Source of the DNA: Akkermansiaceae bacterium | GTDB lineage: Bacteria; Verrucomicrobiota; Verrucomicrobiia; Verrucomicrobiales; Akkermansiaceae | Length of the DNA: 64,000 nt | Direction: 5' to 3' | Assembly (NCBI GenBank): GCA_051251915.1 | Contig: JBPOGF010000015.1 | Span: forward strand, 32,001 to 96,000 | Shown here: positions 61,204-64,000 of the stretch, one piece after another | Layout of the letters: the number at the start of each line of letters is the position of its first letter | Numbering within the stretch: the stretch's first letter is position 1 | Translations under genes and position numbers: made by a program | Notes under the pieces: generated by a model | Told to the model about the DNA's origin: nothing | The model's input: the letters and a program-made list of their open reading frames with translations, nothing else | Databases searched by the model: none

Positions 61204-63351
61204 ATGAGTAAAAACTTCACATTTCTAGGCACAGAAAACATCCCGCAGACTGCCACACTCATCGTCCCAGGAAGACTCAGCCACGTAGAACTAATTGCTC
61301 TTGAGCAACACCTCGCTGGACGCAAAACCATCTGGCTCTGTGAAGAAAAAGTCATTCTACCAACGGAAACTGAAAACTATCTAGCTGAGAAAAATGCGGA
61401 CGCCGTTTCATTCTCTGCAACTGACTCTGGACTAGAAACAGTTGGCTCCCAACTCAAGAAAGACCTCGGCGACGACGGCGTTGCTATCTTCCTCCCAGGA
61501 AAAGTGAATGCTTTGCTAGGCTCAGCCTCACACATCGAAGCTCCTACACTCACCGCGCTCTGCGGCCTTAGGTTGCCCGTCACTCCTCTCGCTGTCCATG
61601 ATCCCATGCAGACACGCTTGAAGACGACTACTGGTCTCCCCGGCTCCTACTTAGTCTTCATGCCCGAGATAGCTGCATCAAACGTTAATCCAGCTAAATG
61701 GCAACAAGCTAATCTCTTAGGTATATCTGAAGCATTTAGCCAGCGACCATTCCTTAAAGAATCTCTCGGCTACAACCTTCTCAAAGGCCTTAAACTTAAT
61801 TCCAAGGTCAAAATTATCGATGGCACAAATGATCAAGAGCGCAACTATGGCGTTATCCTTGGTATCGCATTAGCCTTCGCCAAGCACCTGAAAGAGCAGA
61901 CACAAAAAAAACGTGTCGCCATCATCTTACCTCCAGGCATAGGCGGACTCGTCGCAAACTTAGCCGTCATCTTCGCCGGTAAAGTTCCAGTAAATATCAA
62001 TTTCACAGCCAGTCACGAAGCCATCAAATCATGTATCGCTCAAGCGGATGTCGACAAATACATCACAGCAGATCCCTTTGTAAGAAAAGTCAGCGACTTC
62101 CCTTGGCCTCCAGTCAGAGACCTAATCCACGTTGAACGCATCCTCCCAAATCTCAAAAAATCCATCAAACGCTGGGTCATCGTCACAAAACTCTTTCCTG
62201 TAAACTTGATCGCAAAATTCGCCAACATCAAGAAAACAGGTGGAGACACGGAAGCTGTATTGCTATTTACCTCAGGCTCATCTGGAGCACCGAAAGGAGT
62301 CCCACTCACCCACCGCAACCTACTCGCTAACGTCTGTCAGTTCAGCACCAGACTTGGCCTGCAAACTGGTGAGGCGTCTATTCTAGGTTGCCTGCCCTTA
62401 TTCCATTCATTCGGCTGCACAGCCACACTCTGGTTCCCTATCATCCAAGGAATAGAAATAGTCTCATACCCTAGCCCACTTGACACAAAGAGACTAGCTG
62501 AACTCATCGAGAAGAACAAAATCACCTTCCTCATCTCCACCCCTACATTCCTAAGAGGCTACATGCGCAGAGTAAATCCTGAGCAACTCGCCTCCGTCAA
62601 ACTGGTAATCACCGGAGCTGAGAAACTACCTACTTCGTTGGCCGATTCATTCCACAAAAAGTTCGGCATCTATCCACTAGAAGGCTACGGACTCACAGAA
62701 ACTTCCCCAGCAACTAATTTCAACATCATTAACCCTCCTACCGATACCGAAGAACCAAATCTCAGTTCAGATAGAGTTGGCTCAGTTGGCCAATTCCTAG
62801 CAGGTATTGCAGTGAAGATGACAGATGCAGCTACTGACAAAGATTGCGACATCGACCAATCAGGAATCATCTGGCTCAAAGGATCAAATATTTTTCCAGG
62901 CTATCTCGACAATCCAGAAAAAACCGAAGAAGTATTCGAAGATAATTGGTTTAAGACTGGTGATGTCGGTAGAGTCGACGAAGATGGCTTCCTTCACATA
63001 GAAGGAAGAATCTCAAGATTCTCCAAGATTGCAGGAGAGATGGTTCCTCACGAAAACCTAGAAGCATCCATTATCGAAGTCCTCGGACTAGATGAGGAAA
63101 CAGAACGCAAAGTTGCTGTTGTCGGAGTTCCTGATGAGAAGAAAGGTGAAGCTATTATCTTACTTTCTTGCATCACCCCTGTGGAGACAGCCTCACAAGC
63201 ATGTATCGACCTGCGCTACAAACTGCTAGATGCTAAAATTCCGTCCCTCTGGTGCCCTAGAGACATCATCCCTGTTAGCGAAATCCCTATCCTAGCCTCT
63301 GGCAAATTAGACATTAAAGGCTGCGAGGATCTTGTTGCCGAACTACGCTAA
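61204..63351 (+). CDS. aas: Aas-like acyl-ACP synthetase / AMP-binding protein
   Basis: FTSGSSGAPKG, EGYGLTETSP, WFKTGD, SRFSKIAGEMV; N-terminal degenerate acyltransferase-like region. Confidence 0.8.
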   Translation: MSKNFTFLGTENIPQTATLIVPGRLSHVELIALEQHLAGRKTIWLCEEKVILPTETENYLAEKNADAVSFSATDSGLETVGSQLKKDLGDDGVAIFLPGKVNALLGSASHIEAPTLTALCGLRLPVTPLAVHDPMQTRLKTTTGLPGSYLVFMPEIAASNVNPAKWQQANLLGISEAFSQRPFLKESLGYNLLKGLKLNSKVKIIDGTNDQERNYGVILGIALAFAKHLKEQTQKKRVAIILPPGIGGLVANLAVIFAGKVPVNINFTASHEAIKSCIAQADVDKYITADPFVRKVSDFPWPPVRDLIHVERILPNLKKSIKRWVIVTKLFPVNLIAKFANIKKTGGDTEAVLLFTSGSSGAPKGVPLTHRNLLANVCQFSTRLGLQTGEASILGCLPLFHSFGCTATLWFPIIQGIEIVSYPSPLDTKRLAELIEKNKITFLISTPTFLRGYMRRVNPEQLASVKLVITGAEKLPTSLADSFHKKFGIYPLEGYGLTETSPATNFNIINPPTDTEEPNLSSDRVGSVGQFLAGIAVKMTDAATDKDCDIDQSGIIWLKGSNIFPGYLDNPEKTEEVFEDNWFKTGDVGRVDEDGFLHIEGRISRFSKIAGEMVPHENLEASIIEVLGLDEETERKVAVVGVPDEKKGEAIILLSCITPVETASQACIDLRYKLLDAKIPSLWCPRDIIPVSEIPILASGKLDIKGCEDLVAELR

Positions 63352-63367
63352 AAACTCACACTTCCTC

Positions 63368-64000
63368 ATGTCTAATCCAGACGCCAATCTCGTGCGCTTT
63401 GACCGCTTTATGCAACAAGCTTTGCACGACCCAGAAAAAGGCTACTACTCCAGAAATATCCAAACTGTGGGCGCCGACGGCGACTTTTCTACCACAGCCA
63501 CACTTAGTAATGTCCTAGGTAAAGCCATTGCAAAAACAGCGATGGAATGGTCACGCACTAACAAGACCCCATTAAACCTGATCGAAATCGGCGGTGGTGA
63601 TGGATCACTTGCCGAGTCAGTCATCAAATCCATCCCCTTACTCAAACGCTGGCGATTACACTATCACATCATCGATAGCTCTGTGCCCCTTACACAAAAG
63701 CAACAGCAGCAAAATACAATCTCTAACAAAGTCAGCTGGCACAGCGAAATCAAATCAGCTCTAGATAAATGCAATGGAATCGCATTCATCTTTTCTAATG
63801 AACTCGTCGATGCCTTCCCCGTGCGCGTCTTTAGAAAAGCAGATAACCACTGGAATGAATTATACCTCCACAAGGAAGAAGAACATTTCCTCCCCTGTGC
63901 CGATACTTTACCTGATTCATCCGCAATCAACCACAAAGCTCATTACACCGGCCAGCGCATCGAGATTCACCAGTCATATCGTGAATGGCTAGATGATTGG
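63368..64000 (+). CDS. MidA/NDUFAF7-family SAM-dependent methyltransferase (3' truncated by window edge)
   Basis: Translated by hand: RFDRFMQQALHDPEKGYY...GDFST...IEIGGGDG...FSNELVDAFP; absent from the ORF track because the stop lies outside the window. Confidence 0.88.
   Translation, partial: MSNPDANLVRFDRFMQQALHDPEKGYYSRNIQTVGADGDFSTTATLSNVLGKAIAKTAMEWSRTNKTPLNLIEIGGGDGSLAESVIKSIPLLKRWRLHYHIIDSSVPLTQKQQQQNTISNKVSWHSEIKSALDKCNGIAFIFSNELVDAFPVRVFRKADNHWNELYLHKEEEHFLPCADTLPDSSAINHKAHYTGQRIEIHQSYREWLDDW

Overview
64 kb of a Verrucomicrobiota-like chromosome. The phylum call is an inference from the PEP-CTERM protein, the PVC-type prenyltransferase-repeat protein, the YtgCR-like metal permease fusion and the lack of obvious Shine-Dalgarno motifs. 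The window is mostly housekeeping: rpmB, a pilT pair, rpmI-rplT, cyclophilin, pheA, scpB, parE, gcvTHP, class I fumarase, lipA, a Mn/Fe/Zn ABC operon, serA, tRNA-Val(GAC), gatCA, an A-type Fe-S carrier, xth, truB, a DHH phosphoesterase, YebC, a trans-sulfuration enzyme, orphan sdhB, ribH-nusB-aas and a partial MidA-type methyltransferase, with lineage-specific secreted, TPR, Sel1 or HEAT proteins between them. I found no IS, integrase, prophage, CRISPR array or rRNA. Most notable observations: (1) an apparent G-to-C skew switch consistent with the replication terminus, with a dif-like 28-mer between scpB and parE; (2) a signal-peptide-bearing PD-(D/E)XK restriction-enzyme-like protein coupled to a metallophosphoesterase and divergent from a LysR gene; (3) a structured 175-nt rpmI-rplT spacer behind a near-leaderless rpmI; (4) a permease-DtxR fusion with a matching operator; (5) a stand-alone AP2-like protein; (6) a strict 47-aa repeat in a Sel1 protein. 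All calls come from reading motifs by eye; no database searches were run.
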